From NCBI GenBank assembly GCA_963678315.1, contig OY782781.1, forward strand, positions 2,208,001 through 2,272,000: a DNA stretch of 64,000 bases. Direction: 5' to 3'. The translations under genes were made by a program, and so were the position numbers. This document shows positions 31,167 through 42,089 of the stretch, one piece after another. The notes below the pieces were generated by a model. That model did not search any database, was not told the DNA's origin, and saw nothing but the letters and a program-made list of their open reading frames with translations. Source of the DNA: Candidatus Cloacimonadales bacterium. Lineage in GTDB: Bacteria > Cloacimonadota > Cloacimonadia > Cloacimonadales > JAFGVF01. The number at the start of each line of letters is the position of its first letter. The stretch's first letter is position 1.

Positions 31167-34100
31167 TTATTCCTCATCTAAAACTTTTTTGCCACAACAT
31201 TTCTTGTATTTTTTTCCACTACCACATGGGCAAGGGTCATTTCTACCTATCTTTTCAGCATTCACAATTGGCTTAGTTTTAGCTTGTGAATTAGGCATAT
31301 TCATCTTAGGCATTTGCGGTTTATCTTGAGTTTCTACATTTGCTTGTTTTGAGTTGTTAAAAGAACTCATTTCATTATGCATTGTATTAATTCTATCCAT
31401 AACATCTTCTAAGTTTGCCTGAGTTACAAGAACTCTTGTAAATACTCTTTTAGCAACCTGTTCTTGAATCTCAAATATCATGTTTTGGAAAACATTGAAA
31501 CTCTCTTTTTTATATTCAATAAGAGGATCTTTGTTGCCATAAGCACGTAAGCTAATACCTTCTTGTAAAAGGTCCATCTCTCTTAAGTGTTCTCGCCAAT
31601 TAGTATCAACTGTCTCTAGTAGACTACGTCTTTCTAATTCACGTTGGTTCTCTTCACCAACAATATCTTCTTTATTGTTATAAGCTTTGAGTAGGCGTTC
31701 TTCAAACTCATTTCTGATAACATTTATATCTAAGTTATTTATATCAAAATTATCGATTTTAATTGGCACTCCAAAGTTAACTCGAATCCAAGTTGCTATT
31801 TCATCAACCTCTTCTAATGTTGGATAACTTTCATTTTCAACAATTCTATCAATTACATTATTGATTGAATCTGTAATCATATTAAGAATCTCATTCTTAA
31901 GATCATAACCTTGTAGAACATTATTGCGATATTGATAAATGATTTCACGTTGTGACGTCATTACCTCATCATATTTAATTAATCTTTTTCTTATTTCAAA
32001 GTTATGTTCTTCAACTCTTTTTTGAGCTTTAGATACAGCTCTAGTCATCCAAGGATGCACGATTGCTTCATCTTCTCCTGCTCCAAGTTTAATCATCATT
32101 GGTGCAATTCTTTCAGAACCAAATAATCTCATCAAATCATCTTCTAATGATAAATAAAAGCGAGATGTACCCGGGTCACCTTGTCTACCAGCGCGACCTC
32201 TTAACTGTCTGTCGATTCTTCTACTTTCATGTCTTTCTGAACCTATAACATGTAGACCATCAATAGGTCCACCGTAAGGCATATCATCAGTTACTTTAGT
32301 CGCTTCTTTTAAATATTCATCATGTTCTTTGGTTACTACACCGTGACCAAGCTTGATATCTGTACCACGACCAGCCATATTGGTAGCTATAGTTACAGCT
32401 CCTGCTTGACCTGCAGTAGAAACAATCTCTGCTTCTTGTTGATGATTCTTAGCATTTAACACACTGTGAGCAATCTTTCTTCTGCGAAGCATTCTGCTCA
32501 AAGATTCTGAGACATCCACACTTGTTGTTCCGACAAGTACAGGCTTATTCATGCTATGCCAATACTCAATTTCTTTTATAATAGCTTTATATTTTTGATT
32601 CTTTGTAAGATAAATTAAATCTTCATGATCTAACCTTGTAATTTCAACATTAGTAGGAATCTCAACCACGGGGAGTTTATAAATTTCTATAAATTCGCCT
32701 TCTTCTGTAATAGCAGTACCAGTCATTCCTGCTAGTTTATCAAACTTACGGAAATAGTTTTGAAGTGTAATTGTAGCAAGAGTCTGAGAAGCTTTTTGAA
32801 TCTTAACACGCTCTTTAGCTTCCAAAGCTTGGTGCATACCATCACTAAATCTTCTACCTGGCATAATACGCCCAGTGAATTCATCAACAATCATAACTTG
32901 ATTTTCCATAACGACATAATCTTTTTCCTTTTCAAAAAGAGAATAAGCTTTTAGTAATTGCTTAATATTATGTTGTTTTTCACTCTTATCCATGAATTCT
33001 TTGGTAACTCTATCCTTTTCCTGAAGCTTTTCTTCAGCAGATAAACCTTGGTTATTATCAACTTCTTGAAGCAATTCATCCAGAGTAGAAACGATAAAAA
33101 GATTCTCTTCAAATCTACCCATAACTTCTTGCCCTTTTTCAGAAAGTTCAACTGTATTAGATTTCTCATCAATACTGTAGAATAACTCAGAATTAAGTTC
33201 ATGCATCTTCTTATCTCTTAAAATAATTCCTTCAGCATCGTTACATAGTTTCTTAAGTTCTCCATCCTTCATGTACTTAGTGAATGCCTTTCCTTGAGGA
33301 GAAGCATGCTTCATAAGTAATAACTGTCTTCCTACTTCGTAACTATCAATTTTATCTTGATCTAATAGAGTCTTTACTTTTGTATTAATCTGCTTTATTT
33401 GTTCAGATTGCAATTGAAATAATCTTTCTATATGAGGTCGAATTGGTTCATAAAAGTTTTTATCATCATCAACAGAACCTGATATAATAAGAGGAGTTCT
33501 AGCTTCATCAATAAGAATACTATCTACCTCATCAACTATAGCATAATAGAAATCTCTTTGTACAAGTTGTTCTTTATTAACAGCCATATTATCACGAAGA
33601 TAATCGAAACCAAACTCACTATTCATACCATAAGTAACATCATAACGATAGATCTCTTTTTTATCTTCGAATGACATGCCATTAACAATACAGCCAACTC
33701 TCATGCCATGGAATTCAAAAATAGGAGTCATCCACTCAGCATCACGTTGAGCTAAGTAATCATTAACTGTAACAAGATGAGCTCCTTTTCCAATTAGTGC
33801 ATTTAGAAAAAGTGGTAATGTAGCAACTAAAGTTTTACCTTCACCTGTAGCCATTTCAGCGATTTTACCTTGATGTAGTACTATACCACCAATCATTTGT
33901 ACATCATAAGGAACCATGTCCCATTCAACTTCATTGCCTCTAACAAGGTATTTATGTCCGACAAGTCTACGACAAGTATCTTTCACTATAGCAAAGACTT
34001 CTATCAATTTATTATCAAGAAGCTCTTGGACTTTTTCTTTTACTTCTTTACGCTTTTCATCTAATTTATTACTAAGAGAATCCTTTTTACTCTCATCAGG

Positions 34101-34325
34101 TTCAGTAATATATTCTTCACGTTGTTTTTCTACTTCTGCAAAGTCCTTCTTAAGTTCTTCTTGAAGTTCACTTTTTATATTATTGATTCTATCTTTTATT
34201 TGCTCATCAGTTTCAGATGCTAATGTTTCATAGATGTCATTGATATCGCTGATTATTGGATATATATTCTTTAAGAATTGCTCTTTTTTATCACCAAAAA
34301 TCTTTTTCAATAGTTTTTCAAACAT
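31167..34325 (-). CDS. secA: Preprotein translocase ATPase SecA
   Basis: [37 protein letters not shown], and [22 protein letters not shown]. Start set at ATG 34325. Confidence 0.98.
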   Translation of the reverse strand: MFEKLLKKIFGDKKEQFLKNIYPIISDINDIYETLASETDEQIKDRINNIKSELQEELKKDFAEVEKQREEYITEPDESKKDSLSNKLDEKRKEVKEKVQELLDNKLIEVFAIVKDTCRRLVGHKYLVRGNEVEWDMVPYDVQMIGGIVLHQGKIAEMATGEGKTLVATLPLFLNALIGKGAHLVTVNDYLAQRDAEWMTPIFEFHGMRVGCIVNGMSFEDKKEIYRYDVTYGMNSEFGFDYLRDNMAVNKEQLVQRDFYYAIVDEVDSILIDEARTPLIISGSVDDDKNFYEPIRPHIERLFQLQSEQIKQINTKVKTLLDQDKIDSYEVGRQLLLMKHASPQGKAFTKYMKDGELKKLCNDAEGIILRDKKMHELNSELFYSIDEKSNTVELSEKGQEVMGRFEENLFIVSTLDELLQEVDNNQGLSAEEKLQEKDRVTKEFMDKSEKQHNIKQLLKAYSLFEKEKDYVVMENQVMIVDEFTGRIMPGRRFSDGMHQALEAKERVKIQKASQTLATITLQNYFRKFDKLAGMTGTAITEEGEFIEIYKLPVVEIPTNVEITRLDHEDLIYLTKNQKYKAIIKEIEYWHSMNKPVLVGTTSVDVSESLSRMLRRRKIAHSVLNAKNHQQEAEIVSTAGQAGAVTIATNMAGRGTDIKLGHGVVTKEHDEYLKEATKVTDDMPYGGPIDGLHVIGSERHESRRIDRQLRGRAGRQGDPGTSRFYLSLEDDLMRLFGSERIAPMMIKLGAGEDEAIVHPWMTRAVSKAQKRVEEHNFEIRKRLIKYDEVMTSQREIIYQYRNNVLQGYDLKNEILNMITDSINNVIDRIVENESYPTLEEVDEIATWIRVNFGVPIKIDNFDINNLDINVIRNEFEERLLKAYNNKEDIVGEENQRELERRSLLETVDTNWREHLREMDLLQEGISLRAYGNKDPLIEYKKESFNVFQNMIFEIQEQVAKRVFTRVLVTQANLEDVMDRINTMHNEMSSFNNSKQANVETQDKPQMPKMNMPNSQAKTKPIVNAEKIGRNDPCPCGSGKKYKKCCGKKVLDEE

Positions 34326-34607
34326 ATTTATACCACTTTTTATTTTTATCAAGTCATAATCGTTATTTTTATCTTTTTGTCAAACTAATATTGATTAACA
34401 TTTATATATTATTATATATAAACACTTTAAGAATTAACTGTCGCCAAAGCATTATCCCTAATTCGTCATGGTCAAAAGCTATAATAAAAAAAATCTATAC
34501 ATTATATGCACTATAATAAGTCAGTATTTTTATATAAAAGAAAAGAGAGTTAAGGTATGTCCAAAACTCTCTATAATTATAGTGTAAATTATCAGTAGAA
34601 ATATATT

Positions 34608-35888
34608 CTATTTCATAAATTCAACAAAGACATCAGTCACGTATTTATGGTCTAACGTTCCCATAGTCTCTCTAGTTGAATGCATAGCAAACATTGCATT
34701 GCCTATATCAACAGTTTTGATACTCATTTGAGCAGAACTAACAGGTCCTATTGTTGAACCAGAAGGGATGTCTGAGCGGTTAATCATCTTTTGATAAGGT
34801 ACTTTAACTTTTTCACATAATTCTATGAAATAAGAAGAACTTAAAGAGGTTGTAGCATATCTATAATTAGCACTTAATTTTATTACTGGACCTTGATTAA
34901 CTTCTGGAGCGAATGCACTATCATGCTTGCTCACATAGTTAGGATGTACAGCATGCGCTTGATCAGCAGAAATCTGGAATGACTTGTTAATTGCAATAGA
35001 ATGATCTTCACTATCTTCTTTCCAAGATAGACTAATTCTTTTAAGAATCATTTTCATAAATGTTGAATTAGCACCTTGTAAAGTTTGAGAACCTATCTCT
35101 TCATTATCAAAGAAAGCACCAACAACAGTTGAAGTGTTATCTTTAACATTTACAAGTGCACTTAAGATTGCATGACACATACCTAAATCATCTATTCTGC
35201 CAGAAGAGATTAATTCATTATCAATACCATAAATCATAGCTTTTTCAAATGGAATAAAGAATAAATCATAATCAAGAATTTTATCTTTATCGATACTGAG
35301 TTCTTTAGCAATCATTGGTTCAAAGACTTCACTTTGCTTAGATACACCTAATAATACTGGTAGCTCAGTTTGCTTATTGATTTCAATACCTTTATTTACG
35401 GTTCTATTTAAGTGAATAGCAAGATTTGGAATTATACCAATAGGCTTGTTAATAAACAAAGATTTTGATTCAATGTTTTCTTTATCATTCTTATAGGTTA
35501 CACGTCCAGCTACACATAGTTCTCTATCAAACCATGTATTGATGATGGGACCGCCATATACTTCTACAAAAATCTTGTGATAATTTTTATATTTTGTTTC
35601 TGAACCAACTTTTACTTTTAAAGCAGGGCTATCAGTATGTGCTCCAGAAATCTTATATCCTGTCTTAGAAGGATTTTCTTCACCATTAACAAAAGCAATA
35701 ACGGCAGAATCGTTTCTTACTACAAAATATTTTCCATTTGGTTTAAGTTGCCATTTTTGGTCTTCATAAAGTTTCTCAAAACCATTGCTTTCTAATCTAT
35801 TTACTATTTCTATTGTTGCTTGAAAAGCTGTTGGACTATTGTCTAAAAATACTTTTAGGTCTTCAGCTAATTCTTTTTGTTTAAACAT
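34608..35888 (-). CDS. M18-family (aspartyl) aminopeptidase
   Basis: AHTDSP, RIDD, DNEEIGS, DQAHAVHPN and MHS motifs. Confidence 0.93.
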   Translation of the reverse strand: MFKQKELAEDLKVFLDNSPTAFQATIEIVNRLESNGFEKLYEDQKWQLKPNGKYFVVRNDSAVIAFVNGEENPSKTGYKISGAHTDSPALKVKVGSETKYKNYHKIFVEVYGGPIINTWFDRELCVAGRVTYKNDKENIESKSLFINKPIGIIPNLAIHLNRTVNKGIEINKQTELPVLLGVSKQSEVFEPMIAKELSIDKDKILDYDLFFIPFEKAMIYGIDNELISSGRIDDLGMCHAILSALVNVKDNTSTVVGAFFDNEEIGSQTLQGANSTFMKMILKRISLSWKEDSEDHSIAINKSFQISADQAHAVHPNYVSKHDSAFAPEVNQGPVIKLSANYRYATTSLSSSYFIELCEKVKVPYQKMINRSDIPSGSTIGPVSSAQMSIKTVDIGNAMFAMHSTRETMGTLDHKYVTDVFVEFMK

Positions 35889-36040
35889 GATAACCTCATT
35901 TTATTTTATTTTCTTAACTTTATTTGATTGCATGCTAATTTGTAAAGTATTTTCTTAAACTCTTTTTATCTTATACTTTTTACTAATTAACAAATAAATG
36001 TCACTTTTAGTTACAATACTAAAATAAATCTTGAATTTCA

Positions 36041-36694
36041 CTAAATTAAATTGAAGTTCATATATGGCACATCCTTGAGATCTTCTATTTTGGGAACTAG
36101 GATAATATCATTGCAATTAGTTAGATGCTGAATTATCTCAATATTTTCTCTTATCATTTGAGAATCAATACCCTTACTATCAGACATAATGATATTTATT
36201 TTACTAATGTTACAAAATTGTAGAGCTTTTATAGACAAAATAGTGTGGTTTTGCGTACCTAAACCAGCGCGAGTAACTAAAATCACTTCTGCATCTAATT
36301 CTTTAATTAAATCTATCATACAGTAATCTTTTGTTATTGGTACAAAGAGTCCGCCGGCACCTTCACAAATCAAGATTTCTGAATCATTAGCAGTTCTTTT
36401 AATTTTATTCACAAGCTCTTGAATATCTATAGAATAATTATCATCTTTAGCAGCATAATAAGGGGCTTTAGGATTAGTAAATATTTTATAGCACTTTTTG
36501 GTTATGTTTCCATTAGACTTACCTAGAACTTTCAAAGCATCGCTATCTTCACTATAAACATTTTTGCAGCCGGTTTGTAACGGCTTAAAATAATCTACAT
36601 CTATATTGTTTTCTTCAAAGTAATGATAAAGCAATTTCGCTATAATGCTCTTCCCTACATCAGTATCTGTTCCTGTAATAAATAGAATTCTCAT
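36041..36694 (-). CDS. bioD: Dethiobiotin synthetase
   Basis: GTDTDVGKS, FKPLQTG, EGAGG and LGTQNHT motifs. Confidence 0.95.
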   Translation of the reverse strand: MRILFITGTDTDVGKSIIAKLLYHYFEENNIDVDYFKPLQTGCKNVYSEDSDALKVLGKSNGNITKKCYKIFTNPKAPYYAAKDDNYSIDIQELVNKIKRTANDSEILICEGAGGLFVPITKDYCMIDLIKELDAEVILVTRAGLGTQNHTILSIKALQFCNISKINIIMSDSKGIDSQMIRENIEIIQHLTNCNDIILVPKIEDLKDVPYMNFNLI

Positions 36695-37803
36695 TTTAAG
36701 GCTTCCTTTAATGCTTTAATTAAAACATTTACATCTTCAGTCGTGTGATTTGAAGTTAAACTTATTCTAAGCATCGCTTTATTATAATCAACAGTAGGAT
36801 ACTTTGCAGGGAGAACTAATATGTTACTCTTGTACAAACTTTCATACACTTGATTACATGACCTAATTGAATCCATTGGTATGGATATAATTTGATGTTT
36901 ACCTGTGTATTTAATAATGTATTTTTTTAAGGTATGTTTTGCATAGTCGACTATGCTAGCTAGTTTCTCTCTCTTGCAATCTTGCGAGTGAACATATTCA
37001 ATTGTAGAATCAAGTGCATAGAAGTATTTTTCTGGGAGTGCAGTCGTATAGATTAATTCTTCAGCAAAATTTATTAAATAATCTTTAACCACTTTGGGAC
37101 ATAAGAGGAATCCTCCAAAAAGTCCATAAGCTTTTCCAAAAGTACCAATTTTAATAACTGCTTTATTGGTAAGTCCTAAACCATTTTGTCCTAAAACACC
37201 GACTGCATGGGCTTCATCTACAATAAATTTATGACTAGCTCTTAATAAATCAACGTCATTTACTGATTTCCCTGACATACTAAACAATGATTCCGTTACG
37301 ATGTAGAAGTCTTCAAAAGACTTTGATTTCTTAAGTAAGCTTTGAATATCACAATGTCTATAGCTTCTAATTGTTGCTTCACTTTGCTTTAATCCATTAA
37401 CTATACTATTATGAGATTGCTTATCATAGAACACTTTATCTTTGTTAGAAAATAGATGCTTAAAAGTTGCAATATTTAATTGGTATCCTGAATTAAATAG
37501 TAAAGCTGACTCATAATTATACATTTCAGCTAACTTCTCTTCAATATCATTAATTATTGACAGATTCCCTGAAACAAGCCTTGATGCAGAACTTCCATAA
37601 TTTCTATCTTTTGTAAGTTCATCTAAGTGACTCCTAAACTTCTTATCTGAAGTTAGACCTAAATAATCATTAGATGTGAAATTTAAGTATCTTGTCTTTC
37701 CTATATACGCATATCTGTCAGAAGGTTTAGTAATTGTCTTTAGTTTTCTATATAGATATTGTTCTTGTCTACTTATTAAAGAATATTCTAAATGCTTAAA
37801 CAT
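36691..37803 (-). CDS. bioF: 8-amino-7-oxononanoate synthase
   Basis: SNDYLGL, SRLVSG, ESLFSMSG, DEAH, PLP lysine in GTFGKAYG; biotin operon context. Confidence 0.92.
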   Translation of the reverse strand: MFKHLEYSLISRQEQYLYRKLKTITKPSDRYAYIGKTRYLNFTSNDYLGLTSDKKFRSHLDELTKDRNYGSSASRLVSGNLSIINDIEEKLAEMYNYESALLFNSGYQLNIATFKHLFSNKDKVFYDKQSHNSIVNGLKQSEATIRSYRHCDIQSLLKKSKSFEDFYIVTESLFSMSGKSVNDVDLLRASHKFIVDEAHAVGVLGQNGLGLTNKAVIKIGTFGKAYGLFGGFLLCPKVVKDYLINFAEELIYTTALPEKYFYALDSTIEYVHSQDCKREKLASIVDYAKHTLKKYIIKYTGKHQIISIPMDSIRSCNQVYESLYKSNILVLPAKYPTVDYNKAMLRISLTSNHTTEDVNVLIKALKEALK

Positions 37804-38204
37804 TTGAACCTCTTATGCATAAGTATATTGCTTTTATTATATAGTCCTTCATTAATAAGACCTATATATATCATTGATTTTGTTGTTTGTTGATTGATAA
37901 TTGTTGTCACTTCATATAAAATTGCATTTGCGACTATTTCTACTACTCTTGCAAAAGTAATAACTACAATATTACTTTCAAAATCATAATGAGGATATTG
38001 TAGCTCTTTTATTGATAATAGAAAAGCATGTTTATCAAAATTCATTAAATATCTCGCATGTATTCCAGCTGATTGAGCAAGGAATTCAATAAAATTAAAA
38101 TCATTCCAATCTTTCATAAGATATTTTGTTTTAATTGATTGAACATCGCAAGATAGAATTTTATTAATCATTAATGAAGTTTCTAGATTCGTGTTAATTT
38201 TCAT
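37788..38204 (-). CDS. Hotdog-fold dehydratase-like subunit carrying the acidic E-x-x-AQ motif (ApeP-like)
   Basis: IEFLAQSAGIHAR...HAFLLSIKEL resembles the FabZ EAMAQ helix; the His motif is absent. Confidence 0.6.
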   Translation of the reverse strand: MKINTNLETSLMINKILSCDVQSIKTKYLMKDWNDFNFIEFLAQSAGIHARYLMNFDKHAFLLSIKELQYPHYDFESNIVVITFARVVEIVANAILYEVTTIINQQTTKSMIYIGLINEGLYNKSNILMHKRFKCLSI

Positions 38205-39372
38205 TTAAATGATACCTTATGATAACTACAGAATTTTGACCTCCAAAGCCCATACTATTAACAAGTATAGTAAACGATTTCTTTTCTTTACTTAATTTCA
38301 TGTTTTTTTTGAGTATATTGAAATCATCAATTGATGACTGACTAAAATTCGATTTTGGTATAAAGCCCTTATCTAAACATGATAGTAATAAACATAATTC
38401 AGTAAGACCTGAAGCTGCTGATAAATGACCAATAATACTCTTCATAGTCATAACAATAGGTTTATAATCTCCGAATATATTTTTAAGAACCTTCTTTTCA
38501 GCAAGATCATTTGCTTCTGTTCCTGTAGCATGGGCAAGCACTAAATCTATTTGACAAGAACTTAAGTCTGCTTGTCTCAGAGCGTTAATTATTGCTTGTG
38601 TTAATCCTTTACCTTCTGGATTAGGTGAAGTTAAAGAAAAGCAATCCATTGTCGAGGAATGAGCTATTAATTCAATCTTTGTTTTATTGTACTTCTTAGC
38701 AATTTCTTCATTTGCGATAATCATAGATGATCCACCTTCTCCAGGAATAAATCCAAAATCTTCTTGATGGTAAGGTTGATATTGACTTCTTGTTAGTTTT
38801 AAAGCACCGATTGAATTATATGCGTCTAGTCCATTCCCAGTCAATCGACTATCTCCACAACTACACAATACATAAGCAGACATATTATACTTGATTCTAT
38901 CGAATGAAGTTCCTAATGCTTGCAGAGATGCCGAACAAGCAGTTCCTAAGCTTATACTCTCACCACAAATACCTGTTCTTTTTGCTATTACAGAAGCCGC
39001 AGTATTCGGTAAATATTGAAGAATCCATGCTTTCTTACTATTATCTGAATTAGCAATTGGAAAATTACCAAAGTTTGGTCCCGCTCCAACAATAATTGAT
39101 CCATTTCCCAAGTGTATATATTCTTGATTAAGTCTCTTCCAAACAGAAAGAGCACTAGCTACAGAAAATAGAGCACCTCGATTTAGATATCTTTTTTCTG
39201 GAAGTCTTTGGACAAAATCTTTATAGTTGAAACTTGTAATAGGAAATGTTCTAATAGAATCCTTTGATGTATAGATTGTTTGGTCAAAACATTCTAATGA
39301 TGCTAATATCTCTTTACCATTATTTCCTATATGAGTTATTAATGAATAATCAAGGATAAATACTTTGTTCAT
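38194..39372 (-). CDS. Beta-ketoacyl-ACP synthase (FabF/FabB-like, Cys-His-His triad)
   Basis: TACSAS, AHATGT, KSIIGH and NSMGFGGQN motifs. Confidence 0.92.
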   Translation of the reverse strand: MNKVFILDYSLITHIGNNGKEILASLECFDQTIYTSKDSIRTFPITSFNYKDFVQRLPEKRYLNRGALFSVASALSVWKRLNQEYIHLGNGSIIVGAGPNFGNFPIANSDNSKKAWILQYLPNTAASVIAKRTGICGESISLGTACSASLQALGTSFDRIKYNMSAYVLCSCGDSRLTGNGLDAYNSIGALKLTRSQYQPYHQEDFGFIPGEGGSSMIIANEEIAKKYNKTKIELIAHSSTMDCFSLTSPNPEGKGLTQAIINALRQADLSSCQIDLVLAHATGTEANDLAEKKVLKNIFGDYKPIVMTMKSIIGHLSAASGLTELCLLLSCLDKGFIPKSNFSQSSIDDFNILKKNMKLSKEKKSFTILVNSMGFGGQNSVVIIRYHLNEN

Positions 39373-39767
39373 ATCTGTCTTTGTTTTGCATAGATGTAAT
39401 CAACAATATCTGATACTTTTAACACTGGTCCATTACTTATATCTTCAAGGATATCATTAATTCTTTCTTTGGACAAATGAGAGTATTTCTTTTCTAACTC
39501 AAAAAAAAGCTCTTTATTCTCTGATTTATATCTCACAATATCAGTCCTTAGATTTTTTAAGAAGATGATATCGGAGCTAAAAAAGGATGTGTTACTAGCT
39601 AAGGTAAACTCTTTTTTTATATCAATCGCTAACTCCATTAAGTCGATTGATTCAGCTTCTAGCTCTCTTATTATGTAAGTATCACTGCTAATTACATTGA
39701 TATCAATATCTAGTAAATCTGAGATAATTTCTTTGAGTTTTATATAAATTTCTTTTTTATTTAACAT
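39369..39767 (-). CDS. Atypical enlarged acyl carrier protein
   Basis: LKEIISDLL...ELEAESIDLMELA (phosphopantetheine Ser) and C-terminal LKVSDIVDYI, separated by a long insertion. Confidence 0.8.
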   Translation of the reverse strand: MLNKKEIYIKLKEIISDLLDIDINVISSDTYIIRELEAESIDLMELAIDIKKEFTLASNTSFFSSDIIFLKNLRTDIVRYKSENKELFFELEKKYSHLSKERINDILEDISNGPVLKVSDIVDYIYAKQRQI

Positions 39768-40731
39768 TATTAAATCCTTTATCTAAATTAATTATATTCC
39801 CATGCATTAACCAAGTTTCTTCCTTAAGAAATAGAGCCATAAATGATGTAATCTCTTCAATTCCTAAGACCTTGTCTTTAGATAGACTGACTTGCATATC
39901 ATTATATCGACCACTCTCTATATATGTTGGTCTAATAATAATTGACTTAACACCCTTTTTTCTGAGTTCATTGCCTAGTGCTAAGTATATGTTTTCTATA
40001 GCAGTTTTACTTGCTAGGTAGAATGATTGTCCTTGATTAAATCTATTTACTGCATTTGATGAGACGTAGATTAGCCTACCAAAGCGTTTTATTCTCATAA
40101 TATTACTTACTTCTCTCAAAAGTATAATCTTATTTGTAACATTGATTCTTAGGTATTCTTCAATATCAGCATTTAAAGATGTAGTAATAAGACTTTCATA
40201 TCTTGAATGCAAAAAATCAAAAACATAAGCAAATTCTTTATCTTTGAAATAATCAATATTACTCAAAGAATTAAGATCTACCTTTATCCATTCTACATTC
40301 GTGTTTACTTTTAAAAGAGGCTTATTTTTATTATAGCTAGCAACAACTTTATACTTAGTTAAATCAATTTTATTTATAAGCTTTTGACCAAGTTCACAAG
40401 ATCCACCTAGTATTAGTACTCTTGTTTTTAAGTATATGGACTTATAAAAATATATTTTTCCTTTTGCATAAACTTGTGTATTGTCATAGAGAGTACAAGT
40501 AGCAAGTTCTTCTTTAATCTCTATTTTTGCGCTATATATCTTTGGTTTAGCAAATTTATAAAACTTAAACCTAGAGATATTTTTTATATGATTAGGCTCA
40601 ATTTCATTCTTTATAAAATTTATAAATGAAGCTATAATCAATGATCCTGGAACTAAAGGATTACTTGGAAAATGCTCCTGGTATATTAAATCTTCTTCAT
40701 TGAAGTGAAATGTACTCTTTAATTGAAACAC
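39757..40731 (-). CDS. Fusion of a FabA/Z-like dehydratase half (ApeI-like) and a FabG-like SDR ketoreductase (GTG start)
   Basis: N-terminal EHFPSNPLVPG; then ILGGSCELG, VSS and YLASK SDR motifs. Confidence 0.8.
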   Translation of the reverse strand: MFQLKSTFHFNEEDLIYQEHFPSNPLVPGSLIIASFINFIKNEIEPNHIKNISRFKFYKFAKPKIYSAKIEIKEELATCTLYDNTQVYAKGKIYFYKSIYLKTRVLILGGSCELGQKLINKIDLTKYKVVASYNKNKPLLKVNTNVEWIKVDLNSLSNIDYFKDKEFAYVFDFLHSRYESLITTSLNADIEEYLRINVTNKIILLREVSNIMRIKRFGRLIYVSSNAVNRFNQGQSFYLASKTAIENIYLALGNELRKKGVKSIIIRPTYIESGRYNDMQVSLSKDKVLGIEEITSFMALFLKEETWLMHGNIINLDKGFNNVK

Positions 40732-42089
40732 TATCCGATAACCTCAAGAATAGAATCATAAGTAATGTTTAGCAATCTTTCAAAGTCATCTTGACTAATT
40801 GATAGAGGAGGCATTATAACAATGATATCTCCCAATGGACGTAAAATTAGCCCCTTTTCACGTGCTTTAAGTATAATTTTATGGCCTACCTGGTCTTTTT
40901 GAGGAAAATTCTCTTTTGTTGTTTTTTCTTTTACTAGCTCAATAGCTATCATAATTCCTTTATTTCTTATATCTCCAACATGTTTTAACAAAGCAAATTT
41001 ATACTTAAAGTCATCGAATAATTGTATATTTTTTGCCACATTATCTAAAGTCTTTTCCTCTTCGAATAAATCTATGTTAGCTATTGCTACTGCTGAAGCA
41101 AGAGCATTACCTGTAAAAGTATGTCCATGATAAAAAGTTCTGCATTCTTCAGGCTCACCTAGAAAAGCTTCATAAATTTCTTCAGTTGTAACTGTAGCTG
41201 CTAATGGAATATATCCACCAGTAATACCCTTTGCCATACAAATTATATCAGGCTTTACATCTTCTTGCTGGCAAGCGAACATTGTACCTGTTTTACCAAA
41301 TCCTACTGCTACCTCATCACATATCATTAATATTTCATACTTTGTACATAGCCTTCTTACTTCTTTTAAATAACCCTGAGGATGAACAATAAGTCCACAA
41401 GCTCCTTGAACTAAAGGCTCAATTACAAGAGCTGCAATTTCATTGTGATTGTTTGCCATGATTTCTTCTAATTGCCTAAGACAATAATCTTTACATTCTT
41501 CTTCAGTCATACCACCATTTAACCTATAGCTATAAGGAGATTCAGCTTTGAATGAATTAAACAGTAGAGATGAATAAACTTTATGGAATAAATCAATTCC
41601 CCCGACACTTACAGATCCAATTGTGTCACCATGGTAGGCAGATTTATATGATATGAATTTTCTCTTGTTTTTAGAACCGTTTATTGATTGTTGTTGATAC
41701 TGGTAAGCCATTTTGAGAGCAATTTCAACAGAAGTTGACCCATTATCTGAGTAGAATACTCTAGTTAGATTATCTGGGGTGATTTCAATTATCTTATCAG
41801 ATAATTCAATTGCTACTGAATTTGTCTGGCCTAGAAGAGTTGAATGAGATACTTTATGAACTTGATTAATAATAGCTTCATTTAGTTTAGGATGATTATG
41901 GCCATGGACATTAGTCCATATAGAAGAAATACCATCTATATATTTTTTACCTTCAATATCATACAAATATATCCCTTCTCCCCTTTCTATAATCAAGTGT
42001 TCTTCATTATTTAATTGTTTCATTTGTGCAAAAGGGTACCACATGTTTTGCTTTGAAGACTTCATTAAATTTTCTTTTCTAGATTCCAT
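40731..42089 (-). CDS. bioA: 7,8-diaminononanoate aminotransferase
   Basis: WYPFAQM, DNGSTSVEIALKMA, YHGDT, DEVAVGFG and AKGITGG motifs. Confidence 0.96.
   Translation of the reverse strand: MESRKENLMKSSKQNMWYPFAQMKQLNNEEHLIIERGEGIYLYDIEGKKYIDGISSIWTNVHGHNHPKLNEAIINQVHKVSHSTLLGQTNSVAIELSDKIIEITPDNLTRVFYSDNGSTSVEIALKMAYQYQQQSINGSKNKRKFISYKSAYHGDTIGSVSVGGIDLFHKVYSSLLFNSFKAESPYSYRLNGGMTEEECKDYCLRQLEEIMANNHNEIAALVIEPLVQGACGLIVHPQGYLKEVRRLCTKYEILMICDEVAVGFGKTGTMFACQQEDVKPDIICMAKGITGGYIPLAATVTTEEIYEAFLGEPEECRTFYHGHTFTGNALASAVAIANIDLFEEEKTLDNVAKNIQLFDDFKYKFALLKHVGDIRNKGIMIAIELVKEKTTKENFPQKDQVGHKIILKAREKGLILRPLGDIIVIMPPLSISQDDFERLLNITYDSILEVIG

Noticed and set aside
34256..34516. 86-aa plus-strand ORF and the other 60-154-aa antisense or nested ORFs in the track (e.g. 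47239-47703, 61173-61535)
   Set aside because: They shadow well-supported genes on the other strand or frame and lack recognisable motifs.
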